Part shown: piece after piece, positions 52,601 through 64,000 of the stretch
Layout: each line of letters begins with the position of its first letter
Numbering within the stretch: the stretch's first letter is position 1
NCBI GenBank assembly: GCA_973895155.1
Contig: OZ316898.1
Coordinates: 4,699,079-4,763,078 of the forward strand
Reading direction: 5' to 3'
Source: Marsupella aquatica
Lineage: Eukaryota; Plantae; Marchantiophyta
Length of the DNA: 64,000 bases
Made by a program: the position numbers and the translations under genes
The notes under the pieces: model-generated
The model's database searches: none
Seen by the model: the letters and a program-made list of their open reading frames with translations, nothing else
What the model was told of the DNA's origin: nothing

Positions 52601-55463
52601 CTGCACAAACTACGGCTATCTGCTCTCCGAAGATTATTCTTTCTTCTGGAAATGCTGATGAACGCCACCCGATGAAACTCTATCGATAAGTTTTTGTAGT
52701 GTTCACTGGCCCTAAAATGTGTTCGAGTTTTCCAGTTTCCCCGACAATGTTGAATTTTGTATTTTTCTAACATAAGAAATGGACCACAGCTTTTTCATGA
52801 TGATCAGAGTTCGAGACGGATTTGCCTGTTAAGGAATTCTGTATGGTCGACATTTGCATTCTCAGGTTTATGGCCCCCTTTGTATTTGCTGCCTTTCAGA
52901 AATTGATTTGAAGTTGGCTGGCGCAGATATGGGCAATTCGATCATGCGAAGGCGACGTTTGAAGTTGTGTCTGATTACGAGTGTATGCTTGATCTCTTTA
53001 TTTGCCACCTCAATCCTAGTGCATTGCGTCGCCTCTTACAAACTCTGGATGAGGCAAAGGCTAACCCGGAGCTTAGGCGGCATGTGGATAAGATTTTATC
53101 GGTTAGGTCTGTAGGTTGGGGCCAGGGTGGTGCATACTCTAATCTTAGAGCAGAAAGTATGGCTCCAAAGGGGATTGAATGGGGAGGGGGTAACTGGCAG
53201 ATAAAGACTCTCCCTGAAGTCAAAGGTATTCCTCACTGGGAGCTATCAGCAGAGGTGACTGCATACATGAAGACAACAAATGGTGCCATTCCGACCTTGG
53301 TCCCAGATCACATTGGGGTTTACTTGGGAACAATTAAAGGTCATGGTACAGTAGTAGAGGTTCGGGAAAGCAGCCATATCCGGAAATTCAGCTCTGGTGT
53401 TAGTTCCACTGATGAGAATGGTGGGGGAGAAGCTCCAGTTGCCGGACTTGGTAAATCGGCCTCAAATAAATCTAAAGCATCTGAGGAAGGAAGTAACAAG
53501 GGGGCTTCGTTGGTTGGCTCAAAGGGCCCGCTTGATGGGACTGAACTGGATGCACAAGCTAGAGCAGAAGAGGAATTCAAAAAGAGCATGTATGGCGTTG
53601 ATAACAGCAGTGATGAAGATGAGGCCACCAAGAACAAGAGGCGTATTCACATTAGAATCCGAGAGAAGCAGGCTTCAGGAACCACAGTTGATGTGAACAA
53701 GCTCAAAGAGGCCACCAAGAAATTCCAACTTGGAGATAGCATGCATGGAGTGAGAGCTTCCCGACATGGCTCACAAGACTCCTCACTGAATAGTCCAGCG
53801 AGGGACTTCTTGGGACCTCCATCCAACATGGCTTTCCCAAACACAGCTTTCCCACCCAACCCAGCTTTCCCACCCAATGCAGCATTCCCCTCCAACATGG
53901 CTGTCCCGCCCAACACAGCTGCTCCATCTATGATCCTGGGTAGTGGAGTGGGCCCTAATAGTGGGCCCATACCGGAAGATATATTTCAGGGTGAGAGCAC
54001 TGTTGCGAACTATCAGGCAGGAAATTACCCTCAAACGACGTATCCAGGACAGCCTTATCCAGGCCAGTGGAGTGGTTCAGGTGCTGGAGTTCCTCAACAA
54101 GGACACAATCCGTTTCCAAATGGTGGGATATCCCAACAAGGTGTTTACGGTGCTCCTGGTACTGTTCCTCCACAAATGCAACCTGGTGTACCTGCGAGTT
54201 TTGAACTTGCCAGTGGTGTCCCTCCTCAAGCTGCCCAAGGATTTTCCGCTGCGGAGTTCAGCTTACCTGATGGTGGTGTCCCACCCAAGACTGAGGCTCC
54301 TCCTGCAGCAAGCTCTGGTGGACCTGTTCTGAGTGGAACTGCGCCTTCTTCACAGGCACCGACAGATCTTAGTGCGCTAGCAGAGCCTGGAATACCAGCT
54401 CAACCACCCTCACCAAAGGGACCTCCTAAACTTGGACAGGTCTGTAACACAAACTTCAAGATGAGTGTAATCGAAGGTTTTCTCGATGTCTGTGCAATGC
54501 ATTCACACCTTACAACTAATCTAATTTTAATGTGTGAATTCGGTCAAAGATATCTATCTGATTTTTTAAGTCAAGTTATTTTGTGTACCCCACATCAAGT
54601 GCCTTAACTTCAGAATATCTTTGTGTCTCATGTTGACGATTGGATGTGTGTCTTCGTATTCAGGTGCCAAGAGGGGCGCCTGCATCCAAATGTTTTAAGA
54701 CTGGTCTCGGTCATGTTGAACAAAACCAGCTAACAGATGCAATGTCTTGCTTCAACGAGGGATTTCTGGCCTTAGCCAAGGACCAATCTCTTGGTGAAGA
54801 TGTCAAACCTCAGGCTCGAATATGTGCGCAGTACAAAATCGCAGTACTGCTTCTTCAGGTTGTTGTCCCATCTACAGCCCAAACCGGAAGCTAACTCTTT
54901 CCAAAAAAGCGATTTGTATTATTTGTTCAGAATGATGTCCAGCCGAGTGATAGTTTCATAATGGATGTTCTTTATGGTGCGTTTGCGTACAGGAAATTAC
55001 ACGGTTGCAAAGAGTGGAAGGTCAAGGTGCTGGAGGTGCTAAGGAAGAGATGGCACGACTTTCTCGACATTTAAGTTCTCTGCCGCTTCAAGCAAAGCAT
55101 CGTATCAGTTGTATCCGCACTGCAATTAAGCGAAACATGGATGTACAGAATTATGCGTTTTCGAAGACGATGCTGGATCTTCTGATTTCAAAGGCACCAC
55201 CGAACAAGCAAGAGGAACTCCTGGGCCTCGTGAAAGTATGTCAACAAAGAGGGCTCACAGATAGGACAATTGACGGGGAAGAAGATCCGTCCCAGTTTTG
55301 TGCTGCGACTATGGGAAGGCTTCCAACAATTGGACATGACAGCTGTGATATTTGTGGATCTAAGTTTTCTGCATTGACATCGCCAGGATGCATTGTTTGT
55401 GGGATGGGTACAGTTCGAAGGTCTGATGTGGCGACAGGACCTTCATCGACACCCTTTCAATGA
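43641..55463 (+). CDS. TWD40-1: TPLATE/TSET complex WD40 subunit TWD40-1 (>20 exons; conserved start Met at 44148, in-frame upstream ATG at 43641)
   Basis: MEWITTQHLDL...QPHCAAFHHTQAL...EFDALTGTKLSSIDIGAPVVRMAYSP matches the remembered N-terminus of Arabidopsis At3g50590. Also FRSLLWAGPALLFS, LDLFICHLNPSALRRL, a Pro-rich linker and a C-terminal Cys-rich region SQFCAATMGRL...CDICG...CIVCGMG. Confidence 0.88.
50661..50916 (+). other. U12-type AT-AC intron in TWD40-1
   Basis: 5' ATATCCTTT, branch TCCTTAAC at 50899-50906, 3' AC. Removal joins DKGFPP|FRSLLWAGP in frame. Confidence 0.93.
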
Positions 55464-58068
55464 GTTATTGTTCGAAACCACTTGGTTGCAACTTTGAGGT
55501 CGACATCTAATGCATTATTGAAATCAGAAAGTGGGTTTCAATCTGTTTTCAAGACTAGTGTCACCTCTGCTGACAGTAGTAGTCTTGAAATGCCTAATCT
55601 AATTTGAAGTCCCTGGATTGGAGACCAAATAATCAGCTTGGCTTGTATAGGATATTATCGAAAGCTGCTGTGGGTCTCTAATATCAAATGGCTCCCTATC
55701 TGTCTGGCACATTTACAGACAGATGCACGGAGACGTGAATATCAGATGAGCAGGTGGTGGATCTTACACTTATATCCACTAGCTTGCCGCTAGGGTTGAT
55801 TGTTTCGGATCTGATACTACAAGCAGGAATACTCTGTCCCTGGATTGAAGCCATGTCATACTGACCTAACTTACCTTGATTTCGAAGTGGACTTGAGGAA
55901 GTGATAGGGAAGGTCCCCAGAAGATGTGATTGGGCGACCTGTGGCTAATATTCAGGCGGAACTACAACAAAGGATTCCAGCATGGATTTATGCCAAGTCT
56001 GTGATAATCATTCGTCTGACTAGTTCACTTGGGCACTAATCTAAGGAAGTACATCATTCTTTTGTCCCACTGTATGTAGATGTAAACTAGTGGGGCCTTT
56101 TGTCTGTAAAAGATAACGTATACGTGTGATTACTGTGGGCACTGCTATTTCTTGGAGGGGTGTGGATGCCGTTCTCACAGGTTTGAAGTATCTGTATGTT
56201 CATTTGGCAAATTGGTCTTGCCAAGAAGAGCTTTGTGTAGACAAACGAATTTGACTGTTGGTCGCTGTGATTTCCACTTCTGAGAGCCTTGACCTGCAAC
56301 TCCCCTAGTTTTGTGTTCCTAAGAGGTCATTTCAAAGCATGCTTTCAAGGATGGCCCTGTACAGATTCGTAGATTTCCAATTGGAGTAGGAAATGATGTG
56401 TCGACAAACAAAACACGTTATTTAGCTATCACTTGGGAGACTTACGAGCGAAAAGATGAATAGAGAACGAAAATGGTTTTATCTAAAAGAGATTCCCGAC
56501 TGGAAACTGCGAGCGAAAAATGAACGGCGAACCAAAATCCTATCTAAATAGGTTTCCAATTGGAAACTCTGCGTGATGAATAACTCTGTATGTTTGAAAT
56601 CGAGGATGTGAAAGAACTAGATACAAATATAGATTGTGTTCAGCGTAGAAGACTGACACTTCAGGGATCAGGGTTGGGGAATAGAAATGTGAAGAAACAG
56701 GAATGGTTTTTGTTTTGGTGGGGGTGAGGATGGGAGGTGTTCTTTGCTTCCTTCCTGGGAAGGGGGAGTGGGGTAATGGAGGGCAGGAAAAATGGTTTTT
56801 TTTCATGGGGTCAGGGTTTCTATTTTCATTTTATGAAGGTGATGAGATGAAGGGAAAGCATAACTGAGAGGGATACTTGGACGAGCTAAGAGAGCAATAT
56901 GGTACCCATATCATACCCTTCACAGTCTTGTCCATACTCGAGATGTGGTAAGTAAAGACGAAGGAACATGAGGTGTAAAGTCCATAAATTCTGGTCCATT
57001 GTATTTCAGGTCCCTCTTTGGATGCATTAAATAAGGTCTGATGACGGAAAACTCTTGTCCAAATGTTGTACACTGAGCTCAAAAGAAATTGTTTTTATTG
57101 TGACATTGCCATTGTTGCAAATTTGTAAGTGTCAAACTTACTGCTCCTTCATGGAGTCACATATTGGCCAAGGACTCATTGCTTTGCCAAATAATTTGCA
57201 AATGACACTCTTTATCCAAAGTGAACAAGACCTCACAAGGGTAGTATAAATTGAAAATGGGGTATACTCTAATGTATCCAGGTGATATGATGTACTGAAG
57301 TCAAGATAGTTCTCGCGTAATTAAAGAGCAAAATTTTAGTTTCATTCTTTTTTGGGTTACTTGTTATTTTTTCCATAATGTAATTCATGAAAATACACTA
57401 CAAACACCGGCTTAATAGTTGAAAACAAGATGGACCAAGCAATTGTCCTTGCCTATCCTCAAATGTGGCACAAAGTCATGAGCCAGTTGGAAAGGAGATT
57501 GAAGTGACCTGCTCCTTTGGGAGTGATGTTTTACTTTTGTGAAAGACTATAGTCTAAAGATGTTTTGTTTAATGGAGAAGAATCACCTAGCAGGCCATCA
57601 CCACAACCATCAAGAATTCCATTGCCAAATAAGCATGGCATGTGGTATCCATATGACAGACTAGATATGATCACGATGATGTTGATTCTGCACCTACTTT
57701 ACACACCGAAGATGGTGATCTTTGTCAGAGAAAGCAAAGTGAAATGTTGTTATCAAAACAAAATACAATCAGTGCATAAAACCAAGAAGGAAAACAAGTC
57801 ATTGCAATCAAGTGGGTGTTCAAGAAATATGGTGCTTCTAAACATGATGAGAAGAGGAAGTGTGTGGACCATTGAGATCTTCTCTTGGGTACTAAATTTG
57901 GCTACTTTGTGCTTGGCTATGGCTCTCATGTCTTGTTTGGGTTTTTGGTTGTTTTGGGTTGTTTGGAGCAGATGAACATAGTCACAGCATTCTTGTAAGA
58001 TGAGACAAATTTCATGAGGCAGCCATAAGGCTTTGTCAGGAAGGGTAAGGAGAACCTCGTCTCCAACT

Positions 58069-58355
58069 CTCGGGGGGTTGACTGTGAAAATTTTTAGGAA
58101 CCACGTGCAATCCAAAATAGGTATTTTTCATAGAAATTAGCTAAATTTTTTTAAAATGTATGAAGCAAAAGAAGGTATTATAAACCCATATTTGTAGAAT
58201 ATTCTCTAATATATACTTTTTATAAAGTAAAATAGGTCATTAATATTGGAAGTCGAGAATATTTTTGGAATATTCATATTATAAAATAGATGTGTTTATA
58301 TTAGGCTAGGATCGCACGTGGTACCCCAAAATATACACTAAGTTAACCCCCCGAG
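58069..58355. mobile_element. MITE, 287 bp, ~45-bp imperfect TIRs, 8-bp TSD CTCCAACT
   Basis: Left ctcggggggttgac...aaccacgtgcaatcc; reverse complement of right ctcggggggttaac...taccacgtgcgatcc. ctccaact at 58061-58068 and 58356-58363. AT-rich interior. Confidence 0.9.
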
Positions 58356-60464
58356 CTCCAACTTAGTTGGCTTCCATATGCGTATTCTCTATTTAAGATT
58401 GTCAGTTATGGCTTACTTCTAGTTCACTTTGGATAAAGAAGGGAGTTACCTTCTAGAATTTTCTTGTGGAGATACATATGGAGAGTAGAAGTAAGAGTGC
58501 TAGGTGGTTAACTCAAGACTAGAATTAAGGGAGAATTTGTTGGTATTTAACTTTAGCACATGGTAATGCTAACTAGATCACAACTTAACAATGGGTTAAC
58601 AATAGCTATTGAGGTTAATATAGTGGAGAGAGCCTATACCTTGGAGGAGATTTCACTGTGCTCATATTAGAGGTCAATCTTCAGGTGTTGGAGACGAGCA
58701 AGAGAGAAGAGGAATGCTCATAGAGTACCTTGTTAGTTTGTCATGCTATGGCAGATGTACAATGTTAGTGTCACCGACGCATTGCAATAATTCCCCTTAG
58801 GCCAAGAAGGCACCTTGATGAAGGTGGTCATAAGTGGTCGATAGTAGCACCATCATGAGTCCATATCGACTTGAATGGGGTGCTGTGTAGCATCACCAAT
58901 GGAGTCACGGGTTGAGAGTTATGGTCCTAACTAGATATGGGCTAGGGGCCAAAAGTAGGGAACCAAAGATGGTTTGGAGGAGGCAGGTCCCCAAAAGCAT
59001 ATATGAGGAGAAGATATGTTTTAACATCCTCACAAGCCATCAATTGCAATCAGTTGAGATCGATTGGTACTCCCGCTGAGCCAAGGGACAAGAGTAGCAC
59101 ACAAGTTGATACAATACAAGCAGAGCATAGGGGAGGTTGGTTGGCTTTCGACTTGTAGGACACCTCGGGAAGGGTGGTCCTGGTGTGCCACTCTGCAGCT
59201 TGCCAGAGGGGCTTTTGTCGCTTGCCCATGAGAGCCGGACCATAACTTGAGATCCGTAAGTGATCTCATGGAGCTATTGGGTGTGTTGCAAAGCGGGTGA
59301 CAGAGGTTACCAAGCAGGTTCCATTGGTAGTTGGACCCCAGATTGAGGTTGGGGCACTATAATGTATAGTAATTTTTTCTTGTGGTGTGTACATAGCCAG
59401 GACTGGGTGAACCACATATAGTTGTGTTGGTGTTGATTGTATGTTGTACATTGGTTCCATGTGACGTCATACTATTCAATATTTATCTCGAAGATGTAGG
59501 CTAAGAGGATCCTCAAGGGTTTAGCAATTTGCCACTGCCATAATGTAGACTTGTGGACAGGTTTGTGGCCTGGGAAAGAGTGCCACCCCTATCCCAAAGT
59601 AAACCTTCAATGAGAATCCCCAAACTCATGATCTCTAAAGCATTTATGTGATGTTTGAGTGTTTGCAGTGGTCCATGTAGCCATTAGAATGGCTTGTGCA
59701 ATGTGTTTGCACCAAGATCACTTTATGGGGAGTCTTTGGCAGTCTAGACAGGGGCCCCCACTTTTGGCCAATTTGGCAGCCAGGAACCATTTGGATAGTT
59801 GACCTCCATCATTTGCCAATGTAGGTACCAAACCTGGAAGAGTAGTCCACCATCTGGTTCTTTGGAGGCTACAAGAAAAACAACATGCCACAGCTGGAGA
59901 TGGTCTAAACCCCTCACTTGCATATTGGGTTATCCTACACCTTATCCTGAAATGATTAGTACCCTTACACCATGAGTGTGCGGGCGAAGTGGCACATCCT
60001 CTCTATTTGTTGCCCTACTGGTGTTCTCGTTCGTTCCTCTGCAAATGTTTTACAAATTCTTCACAGAGCAACACGCCGTAAATGCCTTGTTTGCTTCCAG
60101 CTCGAGTTTCAGAGCTGCTGGCCATGGTAGGTGACTCCGACTTCGAGCTTCGTTTTTGCACATGGTTATCCTCTCCCTGTTGGTGAAACCCTCTCCTCCT
60201 TCATCCATCCAGGAGTCCGGGTCCGAGGTGGGGCTCTGCTCTGTTCACGTAGCCGCTGTGTGAGAGCTTTAGAAGAAGGAAGGGCAGGCTTGGAGCGAGG
60301 AGTGCAGAAATCGGGCCGAATGTGGTTCCCAAGTAAGAGATTTCGTGCGCTTGTGTGAATGACAGCCTCCTGTTTTCATCGTCGTTACTGGACCCTATCC
60401 GTATTGACGATAGCTGTGGCAACTGTACCTTTCCTGTGTTAGCTGGATAAACCTCTTCCCGTCT

Positions 60465-60487
60465 CTTCTTCTTCTTCTTCTTCTTCT
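60465..60487 (+). repeat. (CTT)n microsatellite in PPR gene leader region
   Basis: About 7 consecutive ctt units. Confidence 0.85.
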
Positions 60488-60764
60488 AATGCTTCTGAAG
60501 GGTTTCATTTGTCGCTTAGACGGCAGTTGCGTAGAATTTCGGACGTTTAACTCTTGTGCCTGTTGGGTTTCTCAGTCAAGCCTCGTAACCTTCTCTCATT
60601 CACGGTGATCAGCTACCATATAATGCACGCCGTCGAAGGTGATTATGTTTGACCTCAGTGATTTTGCCGCTTCTGGGATGTGCCCTATCTGATTGTTTCC
60701 TTGTGTGGCATCCTTTCCATCTTGATGCAGGGGGAATTTGAGTTCTCGTTGAGAAATTGCTGGC

Positions 60765-63640
60765 ATGGCTGCTCTGAGTTTGCAGCCTCTGCCCCTAAGG
60801 TACGATCGAACGTCCTTTCCACCTCTGCGAATTCCCAAATGCACCTGCATTTTGACTGCCTTGACGATCTGACTGGGGCTTCCAGAAAATTGGAAAAATG
60901 CCCATGCCCATCCGCATCACCGTTTCCCCCTCCGCCATGGCCGTGTCCCTGGCGTTGGCGTTGTGGAAAGTAAATTAGAATTTCATGAGGGGATTCGGGA
61001 AACTATTGCAGAATCTCGCCCAAAATGAATCCACTGCGCACTGGTATTGCCTTCGCTGGTTGTTCTGTTAGCACCTCGGCTCCAGCAACGTTAGCCTCCC
61101 TGTCCTCACGATAAGCCCTCAGTCCTTGTCAATTTTCCGTGGCAATTCTGTCTGTGTTCTTGTTGGATGTCTCAAAAGGTTAAGCTCTTAAGACTCCAAG
61201 AGCTGAGCTTGCTGAAGCTGCCAAAGTCTTGGACATGCCTTCGCTTTCTTAAATTCCGTTTTCGTCCCAATTCTCAGTGACTGATTCCAGTTCTTTCCTC
61301 CAGGCCAAACTGGCAGAGACAATGGTGGAGGCCTAATGAAGACACCAACTGTGCGCTATCCAAAAGTTTGGCAAATCGTGTTACCAAGAGCTATAGAGGA
61401 GTGTGCATCAGATCGCAGATTTCGAGTGTTGAGCAACCCAAAGCTGGAGTAGACAATCGCGCAGGTCTGAAGGCTGGTGATGATGATTCAGAGCTCGGGC
61501 GAGGACGTACTCCATCGAAAGACAGGAATGCTGATGGTTACAGCGCTGACCAGAAACAGTGGTATAAAATGATGAATGAAATTAGGTCGTCGGAGGATCC
61601 TGTGGCAATACTGGCGAAGAAGCGGAAGGCAGGCAAACTAACTAAAGAAGTAATCCTTGGTACTCTTGTGAGGTTGAAGCAGTTACGGGCGTGGAGAGTT
61701 ATCACGCAGATTTGTGAATGGTTGATCGAACAAGACTGGTGGCAATTTGGGTTCGAGGATTACTGCCTGCTGATGTCTGCATATGGAAAGGAGGGTGCAC
61801 CTGAGAAGGCTGAAATACTACTAAAAGCCTTTACAGCTGCTGGGTATCAGCCCAATATCGCAATGCGCACCGGTCTTATAGCAGCATACTCGAGGAAGCG
61901 GATGTTTGACAAAGTAGAATCTGAATTACGGTCACTTGTAGAATCAGGACCGGCTCCTACAGTGACAACATATCATATCGTCATGAAAGCATATACTGAG
62001 GTATGGATGCAAATTACTGGAAGCCTACTCTAAGAGAGGCCCCTTCTTTCTTTTCTTTATCTTGATCTCCAAGACCACCTTTTTTCCTTCCCAAGGATGA
62101 CAATGAAAGATTTTTTACGCCAATTCTGCCCAACAGGAAGGCAGAATTACGGATGCAGAAAGGATATTTTCAACCATGTCTGCCGGGGAAGCGAAGCCAG
62201 ATGGGCGTATCTACAACCTATTGATACATGCGAATGGGAAAGCTGGCAGGTCTGACAGGGCATTCGACTTGTATCAAGAGATGAGAAGATTGAAGTTGGA
62301 CATCTCAGTTATCACGTTCAACTCCCTACTTGCTTGCCAAAAGAACATAAGAGATGCAGAGAGTATATTTCGTCAGGTAAAGGCATGGTACCTTGGTATA
62401 TTCTCCCTTTTTGGTTGGAGCCCATCCGAGCTACTTCCCATTTTCTCACTCCGGTTGATGTCTGATATAGAGTGGCTGAATCTGACAGGGGATGTCTCTT
62501 CCTATGCTGCTTTTGTCAGATGAAAGCGGCCAATCTGCAAGCTGATGTCGTCAGTTACACGACGTTGATTGATCTTTATGGAAAGGCGAAAAAAACTGAG
62601 GAAGCTCAAGATTTGTTCGATAGGATGATCGCCTATGGCATACGGTGAGACCGTTTTGTCTACAATCTACTTCCAAGTTTTACTTATCAGCTTAGCTATG
62701 AATGTAATGCTCCTCATCCTACTACTTAAAAATTTTGAGGGAATTTTTAATAGTGAGCTCTTCATCTGTCTGAGAATGGAAACGAAATTTCGCTGAATAT
62801 TGCTGAAAAGTGACATAATAATCACCTGAAAACAATTTCGAACGGGCCTCAGGAAACAGAAATACTTCTTATTCGAGAAACATACTAGCAAAACTTTCAA
62901 CAGTTTGATAGTAACTACGCGTTCTCACAGCAAAATCATAACTGGGAAGTTGCCATTTTTCCTTCACAGGCCCAACCGGACAACTTATAATGTGTTACTG
63001 GATGCATATACTCGAGCAAATCAAGTGGATGAAGCAGAGATTGTGATGAAAAAAATGCGAAAGGATAAGTGAGCATATTTTCTTTGGCTTTCTATATGTT
63101 TTTGGTCCTCCAAGAGGCAAATTCTCTCGTTCCTAAGTTTTGGCACTAGATAGCAACTGTGCTCCACATGATTGTTGTGAAAGTACCTATTAAAATATAC
63201 TTACGGACGGCCATGAAATTGCCAGATGCAAGCCAACAATTCGTGCGTTCACAACATTGTTGCATGCCTATGCACTTGTTGGGAAAATGGAGAAAGCAGA
63301 GGAGATTTTGAGGAGAATGAAGAGTGAGAATGTGGCTCCCAATGTGTTTACCTTCAGTGCAATAGTGGCTGGCTATGCGGCTGCAAAAGACACGGACAAA
63401 ATGATGAAAAAGTTCAATGAGATGAAGGCTTTGGGGCTGAAGCCAAATCAGGCCGTGTACACAGTTCTGATAGGAGCGTGGGGATTTCAAGAGGATTTTG
63501 AAGCTTGCAAATTTTGGTTTAGGGAAATGATTTCATCAGGTTGTGTACCTGATGCGAGAGCTAGGACCTGTCTAATGAGCGCATCCAGAACTCCAGAGCA
63601 ACTGCAAGAGGCTGTAGCATTGATAGATAGCTGTAGATGA
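60765..63640 (+). CDS. P-class pentatricopeptide repeat protein, At3g59040-like, probably plastid (exons 60765-60799 [tentative], 61304-62000, 62136-62376, 62520-62644, 62970-63068, 63226-63640)
   Basis: ILGTLVRLKQLRAW...EWLIEQDWWQF...LLMSAYGKEG followed by consecutive 35-aa PPR motifs (YNLLIHANGKAG, VVSYTTLIDLYGK, TYNVLLDAYTR, PNVFTFSAIVAGYA). Introns are GT-AG and in frame. The first exon MAALSLQPLPL is inferred from phase compatibility. Confidence 0.88.
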
Positions 63641-64000
63641 CTTCCGGTGCGAGAAAGAGAGTGTTTCCTGTCATTCATCGAGTGACGACACATTGAAATT
63701 CGCAATGAAGTCTGTTACTCCGCCGGGTGTCCTACAACCGCACAATGCGTTTGTTATGCATAATCTAAGTGATCACCTACGTACCTATCTATATTGATGA
63801 TGTTGTTCGGAAGTGAGCAGACCTTGTCGGCCGCAGTCATTGGAGTACCTCATCGCCCATCTGGTTTCTGGATGCCAAGGAAGCAGTGCTGCATGACAAT
63901 CTATTAAGACGTGATCAGTCTATCTAATGGAACAGATAAAGTATTGTTCATCCCTGTCCTCTGAGAACGAACGTGGATGTCAAGTCACTGAGATTTTGGA

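Overview
Eukaryotic, intron-rich land-plant nuclear DNA. A non-seed plant such as a bryophyte is inferred from gene style, long leaders and protein divergence, but not proven. Nine protein genes can be reconstructed by hand: PEX19 (-), an alkaline-ceramidase-family membrane protein (+), D1 C-terminal processing protease CtpA (-), TRAP-beta/SSR2 (+), BRCC36 (+), RPL39 (-), an intronless ABC1K/ADCK1-like kinase (+), TPLATE-complex subunit TWD40-1 (+) and a P-class PPR gene (+). Two genes (BRCC36, TWD40-1) carry clear U12-type AT-AC introns. The intergenic DNA holds several mobile elements and repeats. (1) A non-autonomous rolling-circle (Helentron/HINE-like) element occurs twice: one copy is nested without a TSD inside a CAGT...ACTG/TA pogo/Tc1-like element, and the other has its 3' end amplified four times. 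(2) A MITE with an 8-bp TSD. (3) A solo-LTR-like segment. (4) A ~107-bp minisatellite with alternating A/B units upstream of TWD40-1. No CRISPR, tRNA or rRNA was seen. All family assignments come from remembered motifs, not database searches.
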